From a bacterium (GTDB lineage: Bacteria > Sumerlaeota > Sumerlaeia > SLMS01), in NCBI GenBank assembly GCA_016125005.1, contig WGMQ01000030.1, positions 101-64,100 of the forward strand: a DNA stretch of 64,000 nucleotides, written 5' to 3'. A program made the translations under genes and the position numbers. Of the stretch, positions 62,356 to 64,000 are shown one piece after another. The notes under the pieces were generated by a model, which had not been told where the DNA came from, ran no database searches, and saw nothing but the letters and a program-made list of their open reading frames with translations. Each line of letters opens with the position of its first letter. The first letter of the stretch is position 1.

Positions 62356-63722
62356 CGCTTGCGCTCGGCAATGAGCGACAAGACAAGTAGAAGGTTCACC
62401 GCAACAAGGGGAAGGCACAGCCGACCCGCCGGCGGGATTGTCAGTGCTGTACTGGACACGACTCCAAGCCACAGGAGAACGGCGAGGATCACTCCCGTAG
62501 TGAACCTGTTCGTGTGCTGGCGTATCAGGACAGCGGGGAGCAGAACGAACATCCCAATGCCTGCCACCCTTGCCACCAAGTGAACCAGCATGATTAAAAG
62601 CGACCGCTCCTTGATCGCACGCCCGAGGCCGATCTGCCGCCGAGGATCGTCCTCCGAGGGAAACAGGAACTCGAACCAGTCGGACGGCGAAGTGATGAGT
62701 GTGATGGCATTGCCCGCGCTCGAACGGAAGTAACCGAGTGGGTTTGAAGCGATCGCTTCCTTGGCGAGGGTGGCGGCCTCAGCATCAACGACAAGCCGGT
62801 TCTCATCAAACTCAGCATCCACCTTTTCGAGCGCCTCGGTAACCGACTCCCCCGCCTGGAGATGGGCGAGAATTGCTGTCGCGACCGGGCTCTTCCCTTC
62901 GCCGGTGATCGTGGCGAGGCTCCCGGCACGGTGGAGCAGCAGGTTGTAGCCGACGAGCGGAGAAAGCGTGGGGCTTCCTCCAACGGCGTAGTTTCTTGCC
63001 ATCCAGCCGAGAGGGAAAACGCTGGCAATGGCCACGACAACAAACAGGTCGCGCGCAACCCTCCGCATGGCAGGTCGCCATGTCAGGAGGATGGCGCAAA
63101 GCGCCATCGCAACCAGCAGCACCGTCCAAGTGGGACGGACGAGACATGCCGCGCCGACCAACACGCCAGCGGCGACGATCTCAGCCGAACGATTCCGGGA
63201 AAATTGGGCGATCAGGAGCGCTAGGCCCCCCACTACGAGACTCACGGCTAACCAGTCGCTCAGGACTCGGCTAGCAGCAATCAATGACGACGGGCACAGC
63301 GCGGTCGTGACCACGGCCCCCACCGCTGCCAGCCGCGCGGCGCCACTCAAGCATCTAGCGGAAGCAATCAGGATAAGTGCGAGAAAGAAACCGTGAAGGA
63401 GTCGTTGAACAGCTACCGCGCAAGCAACACCGCTTGAATCGCCCATTGCCAGAAACGGCATGAGAAAAACTGAGTAACCTGGGGTGCGATGGAAATAGGG
63501 AACGACATCTCCCTGACCATCGATAACCGAGTAACCATTGCCTTGCAGTAGGGCCTTGGCGGGGACCACATAGGTGATGGTGTCGCCGACGACACTCTCG
63601 AGTCCATTCAGGTCAAGCCAAGCAAAGGCGCCCAACATAGCACACAGAACGAGTACAGTGAGCCAGGCGGGCTGCGACAACCCGCCCTTGAACTTTTCAG
63701 GCTCGACAGGTACGTTCACCAC
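62295..63722 (-). CDS. GT-C membrane glycosyltransferase candidate (ArnT/PMT_2-like)
   Basis: GTG start. VVGDTITYVVPAKALLQGNGYSV and FHRTPGYSVFLMPFL resemble the first-loop motif of GT-C enzymes. It is polytopic. The 3-prime end overlaps the LamG gene convergently by 61 nt. Confidence 0.5.
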   Translation of the reverse strand: MVNVPVEPEKFKGGLSQPAWLTVLVLCAMLGAFAWLDLNGLESVVGDTITYVVPAKALLQGNGYSVIDGQGDVVPYFHRTPGYSVFLMPFLAMGDSSGVACAVAVQRLLHGFFLALILIASARCLSGAARLAAVGAVVTTALCPSSLIAASRVLSDWLAVSLVVGGLALLIAQFSRNRSAEIVAAGVLVGAACLVRPTWTVLLVAMALCAILLTWRPAMRRVARDLFVVVAIASVFPLGWMARNYAVGGSPTLSPLVGYNLLLHRAGSLATITGEGKSPVATAILAHLQAGESVTEALEKVDAEFDENRLVVDAEAATLAKEAIASNPLGYFRSSAGNAITLITSPSDWFEFLFPSEDDPRRQIGLGRAIKERSLLIMLVHLVARVAGIGMFVLLPAVLIRQHTNRFTTGVILAVLLWLGVVSSTALTIPPAGRLCLPLVAVNLLLVLSLIAERKRQGAETGVATILNKTGRLAA

Positions 63723-63811
63723 TATTCGCCTCGATCAGACCTTCTGGACTCCCCATCGCCGAGCACTGAATGATAGCGCCCAGATACCCTCGGCAGACTC
63801 GGACTCTTGCC

Positions 63812-64000
63812 TTACAGCATCCCCGCCTTGGCGCGTTCCACCACCACGTCGATGATGTCGCGGGAGCTGTTTTCCTTGGGATCGCCGGCGATCTTGGTTT
63901 CGATGCCGAGTCGTTTCGAGGTGATGCGCTCCGGGACGTTCTCCGACTTATAGTCGGTTCCCTTGGCGTGGATATTCGGGCGCAGGGCCTCCAGCACGTG
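63812..64000 (-). CDS. cytidylyl/adenylyltransferase-family protein, C-terminal part only (RfaE domain II / HldE-like)
   Basis: The frame is open to the right edge. LRPNIHAKGTDYKSENVPE and GDPKENSSRDIIDVV resemble the C-terminus of heptose-1-phosphate adenylyltransferases. Stop TAA at 63812-63814. Confidence 0.55.
   Translation of the reverse strand, partial: HVLEALRPNIHAKGTDYKSENVPERITSKRLGIETKIAGDPKENSSRDIIDVVVERAKAGML

Overview
This is a GC-rich bacterial chromosomal segment. Spot counts of 60-nt lines give about 65% G+C in core genes. The protein idioms suggest a PVC-group organism such as a verrucomicrobium (inference only). These idioms include a prepilin-type N-methylation protein, a giant exported FG-GAP/TPR Ser/Thr kinase, several GT-C membrane glycosyltransferases and STAS/PP2C partner-switching parts.

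I support about 57 protein-coding genes. Most are housekeeping: purH, tatA-tatC, mgtE, cca, two pal/ompA-type lipoproteins, fabD, pheA, trpA, plsC, elbB, asd and rpmH-rnpA. rpmH is missing from the ORF track because it is under 60 aa. I recognised no rRNA, tRNA, CRISPR array, transposase or integrase. Many long ORFs in the track are antisense or out-of-frame artefacts of the high G+C, and several real genes start well inside their ORFs, so those starts are re-set here. All family calls come from motifs read by eye, not from searches.

The main observations from the hunt are:
- **Over-represented 8-mer.** GTCTATAC/GTATAGAC occurs at least 18 times where about one copy is expected. It sits in many frames using rare codons, and it forms inverted pairs at gene ends. 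This looks like an uptake-sequence-like or Chi-like genome word.
- **Lower-GC islet (11.7-16.8 kb).** It holds a truncated ORF6N gene, an orphan 1265-aa protein with no recognisable enzymatic motif, and a vapBC pair.
- **Candidate undescribed DNA-transaction module (44.0-48.4 kb).** A Pol II-like family-B polymerase with degenerate exonuclease and altered polymerase motifs is translationally coupled to a DUF72 protein. Next to it lies a leaderless P-loop-less RecA-fold gene that overlaps an 88-aa helical protein gene.
- **Inverted repeat after asd.** A 28-bp imperfect inverted repeat built from CACGGAG octamers flanks a spacer of about 135 bp.
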